Of a stretch of 37,482 nt of DNA, positions 23,752 to 30,768 are shown piece by piece; position 1 is the first letter of the stretch, and each line of letters opens with the position of its first letter. A model generated the notes under the pieces. The model ran no database searches. It had not been told where the DNA came from and saw nothing but the letters and a program-made list of their open reading frames with translations. Made by a program: the position numbers and the translations under genes. The DNA comes from a virus, in the IMG/VR virus record IMGVR_UViG_3300045988_038410; one strand, written 5' to 3'.

Positions 23752-25115
23752 GTGTTATCTTCCTTTCGTTCAAACGGGAAATCATCCGGGAGCGGTTCGC
23801 TTTTTGGAAGTTCCCGGAATTCCTGCATTTTCGTCTGTTGCTGCACTTCCTCGCGGCGCTGCTTGCGCTCGTTCGGCTTATCGCTGAACGTCTGCATTTC
23901 GCCGTCGAAATGGAGCTTGAATGAACCGCCGGCTGCGCCGGTCTTGATCTTGCCGAAGGTGATGATGCGATCGGCATCCTTTACCTTTTGATCCTCGCGG
24001 AACATCAGGAGGACAGTGTCCGCGTCCTGCTCAATCTGGCCGGTGCTGCGGAGGCTGGACATTGTCGGCGGCGGGATCATTCCGTCCTTGTTGCGCTGCG
24101 GCCTCGTCATCTGGCTGAGGGCCACGATCGTCACACCGCACTGGAGGCCGAAGAGCTTGAGCGCGCGGCTGTTCGCGCTGACTCGTTGGAAATCCTCCTG
24201 TTCCCATCGGCTTTTTCCGCTGGACGGAATGAGCTGGACATAGTCGATGTAGATCACGTCGTAGTGGTGCGCCATCGTGTAGAGGCGGATGTCCGTGACC
24301 GTCATGCCGGCGGCCTCAATGATGTCGAGATTACGGCCCGTGAAATCTGTGGAAATGTAGGCCAGTTCGTCCCACTCGTTTTCGCCGAGTTTGTTGAGTT
24401 GGATGGTTGGCAGGCCGATCTGCGCGGCAGCGCAGACCATCGCGTCTGCCAGCTTCCCGCAGTTTGTTTCATAGCTGAAGAACCCGACCTTTTTGGTTTT
24501 TGCCTGCTCTCGGGCCGTGTGCAGTGCAAGAGTGGTCTTGCCGTCCGAGGGATAGCCGCCGATGTAGATGAGGTCTCCCGGCTCCGTCCGGAGGTATTTG
24601 TTGAGCTTGGCAAACTTCCACGGCAGGAAGTCCGGCTTGACGGATGGATCGTGCCGCCGGTAGAAATCTTCCAGTGCCTGTGCCATATTCATGGCTCGGA
24701 TGCCCGGCTTGTCGACCATGATGCGGTTGACCTGATCCAGCGCCGTGCGGATCTCGTCTTCGTCCTCCGCGTCGAGCATTGCGCTGGCTGCGTCCTTGAG
24801 CAGCTGCAAGCGGGCCTCGCTCCGCAGGATACGGCAATACTCGCGGACATTGGCGGCGGTCGGCGTGACCGTGATGATCTGGCCGATCAGGTCGGCGTAG
24901 GCTTTTCCGGCCCGGTCGAGCACCGTCACGGCATCGATCGGACGTCCCTCGCCAGCCAGCGCACGGATCGCATTGAAGATCGTCCGATACTGGCCGACCG
25001 TAAAATAGTCCTCCTTGATCGTCTCCATCACGACGGGGACGCAGCGCGAATCGATGATCATCGAGCCGAGGACAGAAGTCTGTGCGCTGATCAGCGCATC
25101 TTGTTTGCTGGCCAT
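23748..25115 (-). CDS. dnaB: Replicative DNA helicase (DnaB family), 455 aa
   Basis: The N-terminal domain pattern AQTSVLGSMIID, Walker A GGYPSDGKTTLAL and overall length fit DnaB. ATG at 25115 (TGATG overlap). Confidence 0.9.
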   Translation of the reverse strand: MASKQDALISAQTSVLGSMIIDSRCVPVVMETIKEDYFTVGQYRTIFNAIRALAGEGRPIDAVTVLDRAGKAYADLIGQIITVTPTAANVREYCRILRSEARLQLLKDAASAMLDAEDEDEIRTALDQVNRIMVDKPGIRAMNMAQALEDFYRRHDPSVKPDFLPWKFAKLNKYLRTEPGDLIYIGGYPSDGKTTLALHTAREQAKTKKVGFFSYETNCGKLADAMVCAAAQIGLPTIQLNKLGENEWDELAYISTDFTGRNLDIIEAAGMTVTDIRLYTMAHHYDVIYIDYVQLIPSSGKSRWEQEDFQRVSANSRALKLFGLQCGVTIVALSQMTRPQRNKDGMIPPPTMSSLRSTGQIEQDADTVLLMFREDQKVKDADRIITFGKIKTGAAGGSFKLHFDGEMQTFSDKPNERKQRREEVQQQTKMQEFRELPKSEPLPDDFPFERKEDNT

Positions 25116-25888
25116 CACACAAACTCCACGCCGCTGAGATCCACGCGCCCGGCATTGTCGGCTGGGGCTGCACGGTGGAGCTGCGCCAGCTCATCAGGTT
25201 TCAGCTGATATAGACTGAGCCATTGGTTTTCCACGGCACGCTCAAATAGCGCGAGCATATGCTGCGGATCTCCAGAGGACAGCTTGATCAATTTATTCCA
25301 GAGCATGGTTGCTGACCGTTCTGAGACAAGGGGCTTGTCAAGCTCCTTGCGCATCCCCAAAAAGTTAGACATTGCAGCCCGGACATCGGGCCCGTATGTA
25401 TCACACCGATCGAGGAGAGCCGACGCAACAGCGTCAGCCGATTGCGGCTTTTCTTTTTTCTTTTTCTTTTTATTCTCTTTTTTATATCCATCCTTATATA
25501 TAGACGGGGAAGTTTGTCCCCCTACCAGGGGATTTTTATCCCCGTACGTACCGGGACATTCGTCCCCGTACCCATCCTGCGAGGGCGTGATGGACGGCTC
25601 TGCCAGCACTGGCGAGATGTAGCGGATTTTGCCGCCGACCTTGCGGTTTGGCTCGATGCGGACGCGGATGTGTCCGGCCTCGGCCAGCGCCGACACCCAT
25701 CGTTTGACCACGTCCTCGGAGCAGTGCATCGCCTCGGCAAGCTGCGCATTGCTCGGCCAGCAATAACCCTCGCGCCGCATCAGCGACGACAGTACCCCAT
25801 AGAGGATCTTCGCATTGGCCGGGATGGACATATCATCCAGCACCGTGGCCGGGATGACCGACCAGAAGGCGCGAAAATCTTTGCTCAA
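25115..25888 (-). CDS. Replisome organizer / replication initiator with N-terminal wHTH, about 257 aa
   Basis: SKDFRAFWSVIPATVLDDMSIPANAKILYGVLSSLMRREGYCWPSNAQLA is typical of phage HTH replication proteins upstream of DnaB. The probable start is TTG at 25888, after AAGGGGGTGA. Confidence 0.75.
   Translation of the reverse strand: MSKDFRAFWSVIPATVLDDMSIPANAKILYGVLSSLMRREGYCWPSNAQLAEAMHCSEDVVKRWVSALAEAGHIRVRIEPNRKVGGKIRYISPVLAEPSITPSQDGYGDECPGTYGDKNPLVGGQTSPSIYKDGYKKENKKKKKKEKPQSADAVASALLDRCDTYGPDVRAAMSNFLGMRKELDKPLVSERSATMLWNKLIKLSSGDPQHMLALFERAVENQWLSLYQLKPDELAQLHRAAPADNAGRVDLSGVEFV
25447..25572. repeat. Intragenic ori-like region: T-rich tract plus three GGGGA/TCCCC inverted repeats and three TCCCCnTAC direct repeats
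   Basis: Inverted repeats at 25506-25521, 25528-25543 and 25553-25566. Direct repeats start at 25517, 25539 and 25563. A pyrimidine/AT-rich tract spans 25447-25500. Confidence 0.5.
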
Positions 25889-26018
25889 AATCGATTCACC
25901 CCCTTGCAAAACGAAAATTCCGATGATATACTGAAGATGCTTTCAAGTGTCTCGTTCACGGGATACGCAGTCGCTCGGTTGTTCGCAGCAGCCGGGCGGC
26001 TCTTTTTTTCTGCCCTTT

Positions 26019-26465
26019 TCATTCTGAATCCTCCGCATAGCGCAGCGTGTAGGCCGCCGCGATGATGTCGTTCAGCTCGTTCACGATCTGGTCATAGGCC
26101 GGCCGCTCGGCGGTGTCGATCACGCCGTCCTCGGCGATGCGCAGTAGCTCCTTGTCACGGTTCCGGTCGGCAAAGCCAATGATGCGGTTGACCAGCTGGA
26201 TCACGGCCAGCGGAAGCGGCTGGCGCTTCGTGTCCGGCAGTACGTTCAGGCTGTCCGAGGTCTGCAAAAGGTGCTTGTACGCGAACCATGTATCGCCGCA
26301 GGCATTGACCATCAGGCAGACGTGATAGTTGTCCGGGATGCGTCGATTGCCCTCCCATGCCTTGACCGTCTCGACCGACACGCGCAGCACTTCGGCCCAA
26401 TGTTCCTGCGTCAGTTGTGCACTTTTCCGACATGCGGCACAGATATTGATGTATTCTTCCTGCAT
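26019..26465 (-). CDS. XRE-family HTH regulator with unknown C-terminal domain, 148 aa
   Basis: HTH stretch LTQEHWAEVLRVSVETVKAWEGNRRIP. Confidence 0.7.
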   Translation of the reverse strand: MQEEYINICAACRKSAQLTQEHWAEVLRVSVETVKAWEGNRRIPDNYHVCLMVNACGDTWFAYKHLLQTSDSLNVLPDTKRQPLPLAVIQLVNRIIGFADRNRDKELLRIAEDGVIDTAERPAYDQIVNELNDIIAAAYTLRYAEDSE

Positions 26466-26507
26466 GGATTTCTCACTCCTTTGGTGGGATAATATCAGTG
26501 GTGGGGA

Positions 26508-26711
26508 TCATGTGCCCTCCAAAAACCGAATAAATGACGCACGGTTGATCTTGACTCGGTTGTTGACACACAGCGTGTCAAATCCGAGCCGCTCTGGATG
26601 CTCACGAGCCATCAGCCTGATCCAGTGCGGATTGACGCCGATATACGGTGCGGCTTCGCAAGGCGTAATAAAAAACTTCTGGCAGCTCCGCAGTTCATCC
26701 ATCGTAGACAT
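26508..26711 (-). CDS. Excisionase-like / MerR-type HTH DNA-binding protein, 67 aa
   Basis: FITPCEAAPYIGVNPHWIRLMAR...VKINRASFIRFLEG resembles Xis-type HTH_17 proteins. Sits in the early operon. Confidence 0.6.
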   Translation of the reverse strand: MSTMDELRSCQKFFITPCEAAPYIGVNPHWIRLMAREHPERLGFDTLCVNNRVKINRASFIRFLEGT

Positions 26712-26727
26712 TCCTTTCGCTCCTTTC

Positions 26728-26847
26728 TCAAAATGCGCCGAGCTTTTTCAGCTCAATGATCCACCCAAGCAGCGCAAGCGCCGTCAGGGTCGGCTTGATC
26801 CACATGCCGATACGGTATCGGCGTTCCTCTTTCTCTCGATCGTTCAT
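26728..26847 (-). CDS. Small membrane protein, 39 aa (below the ORF-track cutoff)
   Basis: Translation: MNDREKEERRYRIGMWIKPTLTALALLGWIIELKKLGAF. ATGA overlap with the upstream stop. Confidence 0.45.
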   Translation of the reverse strand: MNDREKEERRYRIGMWIKPTLTALALLGWIIELKKLGAF

Positions 26848-27026
26848 ACGCGTGACCTCCGATCATAGTAGCCAGCCAGATACTGATCAATAAAATCTTC
26901 CGCGGGTTCTGCGGAGAGTTCTATTGCAGTTTCGGCAACCGAGCCCAATGCGCGGATTTTTTCCTCGGCCTCAGAGAGCCGCCGCTCTAGGCTCATGACC
27001 TTGCGCCGCAATCTTGGGTCCGTCAT
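26844..27026 (-). CDS. Small coiled-coil protein, 60 aa
   Basis: The ATG at 27026 forms an ATGA overlap with the Cro-like stop. The track ORF (to 27134) overlaps the Cro-like gene. Confidence 0.5.
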   Translation of the reverse strand: MTDPRLRRKVMSLERRLSEAEEKIRALGSVAETAIELSAEPAEDFIDQYLAGYYDRRSRV

Positions 27027-27235
27027 CCGCCCGCCTTCTTTCCGCCGTTGTAAAGATCGTCGATGGTGCAATTCAGCGCTTCGGCCAGACGGCCCACCAG
27101 TGCCCCGCGCGGGAAGGCATCGCCGCTTTCCCATTTTGCAACAGAGCTGCGCTCGACGCCAATGCGCTCAGCAAGCTCACGCTGCGTCAAACCGGCTTCC
27201 TCTCGAATTGTGCGAAGTCCTCTCAAATATTTCAC
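27023..27235 (-). CDS. Cro-like XRE HTH regulator, 67-70 aa
   Basis: HTH stretch LRTIREEAGLTQRELAERIGVERSSVAKWESG. It is the first gene of the early operon. The start is GTG 27235 or TTG 27226 (SD AGAGGGTGA). Confidence 0.85.
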   Translation of the reverse strand: MKYLRGLRTIREEAGLTQRELAERIGVERSSVAKWESGDAFPRGALVGRLAEALNCTIDDLYNGGKKAGG

Positions 27236-27248
27236 CCTCTTTCAATTA

Positions 27249-27353
27249 TGTGGAGTTTCTTCACATTTCGGATTATAAGTGAAGAATCTTCAAATGTCAA
27301 GATATTTTTGTGATATTTTTTCACATTATATTTACTTGTGAATTTTTTTCACT
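27249..27353. promoter_or_regulatory. Four 17-bp operator-like inverted repeats (O1-O4)
   Basis: TGTGGAGtttCTTCACA 27249-27265; AGTGAAGaatCTTCAAA 27278-27294; TGTGATAtttTTTCACA 27309-27325; TGTGAATtttTTTCACT 27337-27353. Confidence 0.75.
27272..27300 (-). promoter_or_regulatory. Consensus sigma-A-type early promoter (Cro side)
   Basis: On the minus strand: TTGACA (27300-27295), a 17-nt spacer, then TATAAT (27277-27272). The spacer is exactly O2. Confidence 0.8.
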
Positions 27354-27358
27354 ATAAT
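27331..27358 (+). promoter_or_regulatory. Candidate repressor-side promoter
   Basis: TTTACT (27331-27336), a 16-nt spacer, then TATAAT (27353-27358). The spacer is O4. The ATG lies 17 nt downstream. Confidence 0.6.
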
Positions 27359-27374
27359 AAAAACAGGTGATGAT

Positions 27375-27701
27375 ATGAGAAACTTCAAAAAATACCGTCA
27401 AATCAACAAAGAAAAGCAAACTGATGTTGCAAATTGGCTCGGAATCGACCGCAGCACCTATGCAAAATATGAAGCAGGGTCTACGGAGCCGCCGTTCAGC
27501 ACACTTGTTAGACTGGCTGAGCACTGGAATACGACCGTTTATGATTTGATGGGATATGAAGATAAAAAAAGCCCCGCCGGGCGGATGCCCAGCGAGGTAA
27601 TTGAAGCTGCTCAAATTCTCAATTCGCTTGATTCTGCGACGCGGCAACGGATGATTGATCTTCTTGTGACGCTGCATACGCAGCAAACAGAGCGGAAGTG
27701 A
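27375..27701 (+). CDS. CI-like XRE HTH repressor (no peptidase domain), 108 aa
   Basis: HTH stretch KQTDVANWLGIDRSTYAKYEAGSTEPPFSTLVRLAEHW. Divergent from the Cro-like gene. Confidence 0.85.
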   Translation: MRNFKKYRQINKEKQTDVANWLGIDRSTYAKYEAGSTEPPFSTLVRLAEHWNTTVYDLMGYEDKKSPAGRMPSEVIEAAQILNSLDSATRQRMIDLLVTLHTQQTERK

Positions 27702-27875
27702 ACCTTGCCCAGTTCTCATCATTCAGGTCGAGCATCATTTCAATAATTTGTTCCATAGCAGCGATTCCCTTTCTTTTCATTTTCAAACCTCATAGCGGTT
27801 GTATTATTTATAATATTATACTATGCAGCATGAATCGACATGTTGCGCAAAATCTTATAGTGATGGAGTGGGAAA

Positions 27876-28820
27876 ATGAATTATACCAAGTACACGGAAG
27901 GTTTCAACTCTGAACGCTGGAGTTTCAACGCTGCTGGCGTAACTTTCCGCAACGAAGATGGGACGGAGCGGCAAGAAATCATCTCGCACTTGTATGGAAA
28001 TACAGAATATACCGTTCGGATTGAACGCTTCGAGTACCAGAAGAATCCTGCCTATCATATACTCGTAGATGGCCAAGTAATAGGGAACGTACCGAAGAAT
28101 GTCGCATCTCAGTTTGCGGAAAAGGAAGACGTGGGCTTTTGGATTTGTCCTGTATCTCTTGGAGTACATGGCGGCCCGGCTCTTGATGATGACTTTGACG
28201 CCGAAGATTTTGATGATGTAGCCGAAGAACTGAGCTACGGAGCGCATGTCGTTGTAAAACTCATAAGCCCCGAAGAGCAAAAGGCAAAGAATATGTCAAT
28301 AGGTGACGATGTGACACTGCACCAAGAACGGCCCGACAACCCTCTTGATCATATCGATGGGTGCGACGAGCTTCTTTTGCCAGCAACTAAGGCTGTCTTA
28401 GATGCGAATGAGGCCTCGACGGCAGTTTTGCAGCGCTCGCTTAAAATCGGGTATTCGCAGGCGGCCAAATTGCTTGACACGATGGAATCCTACAACATTG
28501 TTGGCCCGTTCGCCGGCTCGGAGATCCGGGCAATCTTAGTAACCCGCGAGCAGCTAGATGAGAAAATCGGCAAGCATAGCGTTTCGGAGGAAGTCATTGC
28601 CGATGTGGGACAACCACCACCATCGCGGCCAGCAGCAACAGCCGCTGTATCGAAGGAGCGTCGGACAGCTCTGGCGGCTACGCAGCCGCATGATGAAAAG
28701 CTGCTGCGTGCCCGGCGCTCCGCTAACGCCGCGAGACGGGTGCGAAAAATTGCGCTCTGGATCGCGCTTGCGCTGGTGCTCCTTGCTATACTGATCAGCA
28801 AGTTGCCACCGATATTGTGA
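27876..28820 (+). CDS. HIRAN-like domain + FtsK-gamma winged-helix domain + C-terminal transmembrane anchor, 314 aa
   Basis: HIRAN-like stretch FNAAGVTFRNEDG...QKNPAYHILVDGQVIGNVPKNVA. FtsK-gamma-like stretch ASTAVLQRSLKIGYSQAAKLLDTMESYNIVGPFAGSEIRAILVT. C-terminal helix IALWIALALVLLAILISKL. Confidence 0.75.
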   Translation: MNYTKYTEGFNSERWSFNAAGVTFRNEDGTERQEIISHLYGNTEYTVRIERFEYQKNPAYHILVDGQVIGNVPKNVASQFAEKEDVGFWICPVSLGVHGGPALDDDFDAEDFDDVAEELSYGAHVVVKLISPEEQKAKNMSIGDDVTLHQERPDNPLDHIDGCDELLLPATKAVLDANEASTAVLQRSLKIGYSQAAKLLDTMESYNIVGPFAGSEIRAILVTREQLDEKIGKHSVSEEVIADVGQPPPSRPAATAAVSKERRTALAATQPHDEKLLRARRSANAARRVRKIALWIALALVLLAILISKLPPIL

Positions 28821-28828
28821 TGGGATCA

Positions 28829-28866
28829 CCCCGTCGTCGATCATCCCATCGACGGCGGGGCTTTTT
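28829..28866 (+). terminator. Strong rho-independent terminator
   Basis: A 13-bp stem, CCCCGTCGTCGAT (28829-28841) pairing with ATCGACGGCGGGG (28848-28860), followed by CTTTTT. Confidence 0.85.
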
Positions 28867-29048
28867 GGCCGCTGCAAGCGTGTGGGAGCTGCTTGCAAGT
28901 ACAGATTACACCCCGGGAAGGTGATTTGTCGAGAACCGTAATTTCCTTTTTTGTTCCCATAAAAGTGCTTTTTTTGAAAGGAAGTCGTTTTTTGAAACAA
29001 GATTTGTCTGAAATTTGTCGAAACAAGAAGGAAAGCCGCTATCCGAAC

Positions 29049-29450
29049 ATGACCTATCAAGATTTGGCTAACGCCTCCGGAAAGTCTCTGAAGAACATTG
29101 GTCAATTCATGCGCGGTGAAATATTAAATCCCGGAATCGACACCGTAGGCCCTGTCTGTCGCCTCCTGCATATCTCGCTCGACCGCTTTTTTGACATCCA
29201 CCCGGATGATGTTCCACCGGAATCTGATATCCCGCAGGAGCTTCACGACGCACGGAAGGAAATTGAGCACCTACGTCAAACAGTCGCGTTCTGCCAGCAA
29301 TCCATGAAGTTAAAGCGAAAGATCATCGCCGCGCTGCTCGGCATTGTCTTTCTGGCCGGGATACTCCTGCTCGTCGATCTGCTCAGTCCAAAGATCGGCT
29401 GGGTGCGCGACCATCTGACGGCTGCGATCTGTCTCCGCTCTTGGGGGTGA
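29049..29450 (+). CDS. Membrane-anchored XRE-type HTH protein, 133 aa
   Basis: HTH stretch MTYQDLANASGKSLKNIGQFMRGEILNPGIDTVGPVCRLLHISLDRFF. Transmembrane helix IIAALLGIVFLAGILLLVDLL. The stop lies 4 nt before the int ATG. Confidence 0.7.
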   Translation: MTYQDLANASGKSLKNIGQFMRGEILNPGIDTVGPVCRLLHISLDRFFDIHPDDVPPESDIPQELHDARKEIEHLRQTVAFCQQSMKLKRKIIAALLGIVFLAGILLLVDLLSPKIGWVRDHLTAAICLRSWG

Positions 29451-29454
29451 CGCT

Positions 29455-30567
29455 ATGATCTGCCGCAAATGTAAACAAGACGTTCCGGACGGCCCATTCT
29501 GCGCCCAGTGCGGCGCGAAGCAGGAGAGGCCGGAACGAAGACCAAAAGCACGGGGGAATGGCACCGGCAGTGTCTACAAGCTGCCGAATGGCACATGGCG
29601 CGCCGTTGCTACGATTGGCTATATTCCAGGGCCAGATGGGAAGCCTCTGCGCCGGACGCGAACGAAGAGCGGCTTTAAAACAAAACGCGAAGCGCAGGAG
29701 TATATCCCGCAGCTCCGCGTCCAGCTTTCCGCCTTGTCAGCAAACATCACATTCCGGCAAATCTATGAAAAATGGGAGGCCGAGCACGAAAAGGACGTAA
29801 AGGCCAGCACAATGAATTGCTACAAGGCTGCCTACAAATACTATGAACCGATCTGGTTTGCGAAGATGGCCGATTTAAAGACGGCAGCATTGCAGGCCTG
29901 CCTGGATGCCTGTCCGAAGGGGCGCCGGACGCAGGAGAACATGAAGGCACTGGGGACAATGCTGTTTCGCTTTGCAATGCGCGACGACGTCGTCAGCAAG
30001 AATTATGCGGAGCTGCTCCGTGTGGGCGGCGAGACGCAGGCTGGCCGCGAACCGTTTACCGATGAAGAGCTCGAAAAAATGAAAAAAGCCGTCGGCACAG
30101 TGCCAAGGATCGAGCTTGTGCTCATCCTGTGTTACACCGGCTTCCGGCTTGAGGAGCTGCTCCAGCTCCAGGACACAGATCTCCATTATGATGAGATCAA
30201 CCAGAGCTATTATTTTGTCGGCGGCGAAAAGACCGAGGCCGGTATGCACCGTATTGTGGCCATCAGCCCTAAAATCATTGACTACGTGCTGCAATGGGAA
30301 AAGCCAGGATTCATCTTTTCCGAGGACGGGAAGAAAGTGCAGCAGAAAAAATTCCGAGAGAAATGGTATTATCCGGCGCTGGAGCAGGCAGGAGTGCGCC
30401 GCCTGGTGCCGCACTCCTGTCGCCATACTTTTGCAACCCTCATGAAAAAAATTGACGCGCCGGACGCTGACAAAATGGCCATGATCGGGCACACTTCGAT
30501 GGAAATGACCACACATTACACCCATACCGACCTGAAATCTGCCGTAAATATCGCCACACAGCTCTAA
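29455..30567 (+). CDS. int: Tyrosine integrase with N-terminal zinc ribbon, 370 aa
   Basis: Zinc ribbon CRKC...CAQCG. Arm-binding-like stretch GSVYKLPNGTWRAV. Catalytic-region motifs HSCRHTFATLM and GHTSMEMTTHYTH. Confidence 0.92.
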   Translation: MICRKCKQDVPDGPFCAQCGAKQERPERRPKARGNGTGSVYKLPNGTWRAVATIGYIPGPDGKPLRRTRTKSGFKTKREAQEYIPQLRVQLSALSANITFRQIYEKWEAEHEKDVKASTMNCYKAAYKYYEPIWFAKMADLKTAALQACLDACPKGRRTQENMKALGTMLFRFAMRDDVVSKNYAELLRVGGETQAGREPFTDEELEKMKKAVGTVPRIELVLILCYTGFRLEELLQLQDTDLHYDEINQSYYFVGGEKTEAGMHRIVAISPKIIDYVLQWEKPGFIFSEDGKKVQQKKFREKWYYPALEQAGVRRLVPHSCRHTFATLMKKIDAPDADKMAMIGHTSMEMTTHYTHTDLKSAVNIATQL

Positions 30568-30584
30568 TTTGCCCTCTTGATATG

Positions 30585-30607
30585 GTATGCAACAGAGTAT
30601 GCAATAG
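30585..30607 (+). repeat. Arm-type-like direct repeats, left of the core (2 copies)
   Basis: GTATGCAACAG at 30585-30595 and GTATGCAATAG at 30597-30607. Confidence 0.6.
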
Positions 30608-30656
30608 ACCAAAACAGACCGGTTTAGTCCGATTCATACCAGTATAATTTCGCAAA

Positions 30657-30701
30657 GGAACAAAAGAAAAGTACCGCAAAACATACGTTTTGCGGTACTT
30701 T
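30657..30701 (-). terminator. Rho-independent terminator placed 1 nt after the tRNA-like 3' end
   Basis: A 15-bp stem (30668-30682 pairing with 30687-30701), followed on the minus strand by TCTTTTGTT. Confidence 0.75.
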
Positions 30702-30702
30702 C

Positions 30703-30750
30703 TGGTCCGAGTGACTAGATTCGAACTAGCGGCCTCTTGAACCCCATTCA
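30703..30750 (-). other. attP core candidate: 3' 48 nt of a tRNA-Pro(GGG)-like gene (not a complete tRNA)
   Basis: The minus strand reads TGAATGGGGTTCAAG-AGGCC-GCTAG-TTCGAAT-CTAGT-CACTCGG-A-CCA. This gives anticodon loop AUGGGGU, a T-arm, a 3' acceptor strand implying C1:G72, A73 and CCA. No matching 5' acceptor strand lies upstream. Confidence 0.7.
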
Positions 30751-30768
30751 TTCAGGATGTGTTGATTT

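Noticed and set aside
25447-25500. Homopolymer-rich T/A tract as a programmed frameshift or phase-variation site in the replisome organizer
   Set aside because: The reading frame passes through it intact, encoding a Lys-rich linker, and no alternative frame is open downstream. An AT-rich unwinding element next to the repeats is the more economical reading.
27321-27913. ORFs 27321..27722 (-, 133 aa) and 27698..27913 (+, 71 aa), plus a 45-aa minus-strand ORF antisense to the repressor 3' end
   Set aside because: The first runs antisense through the switch region and the repressor gene, with implausible Cys/Phe/Ile-rich sequence. The second spans an AT-rich intergenic region and overlaps the start of the next gene. 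The antisense mini-ORF mirrors the repressor C-terminus, whose own frame is contiguous with a clear HTH.
28893-29048. N-terminal extension of the membrane HTH ORF (track start 28893)
   Set aside because: The first 52 codons cross the repeat-rich leader and give hydrophobic nonsense-like sequence. The HTH begins right at the ATG at 29049.
30703-30750. Possible phage-encoded functional tRNA
   Set aside because: Only the 3' 48 nt (anticodon loop to CCA) are present. No CCGAGTG 5' acceptor strand or D-arm lies upstream on the minus strand. It is better explained as the attP core next to int.
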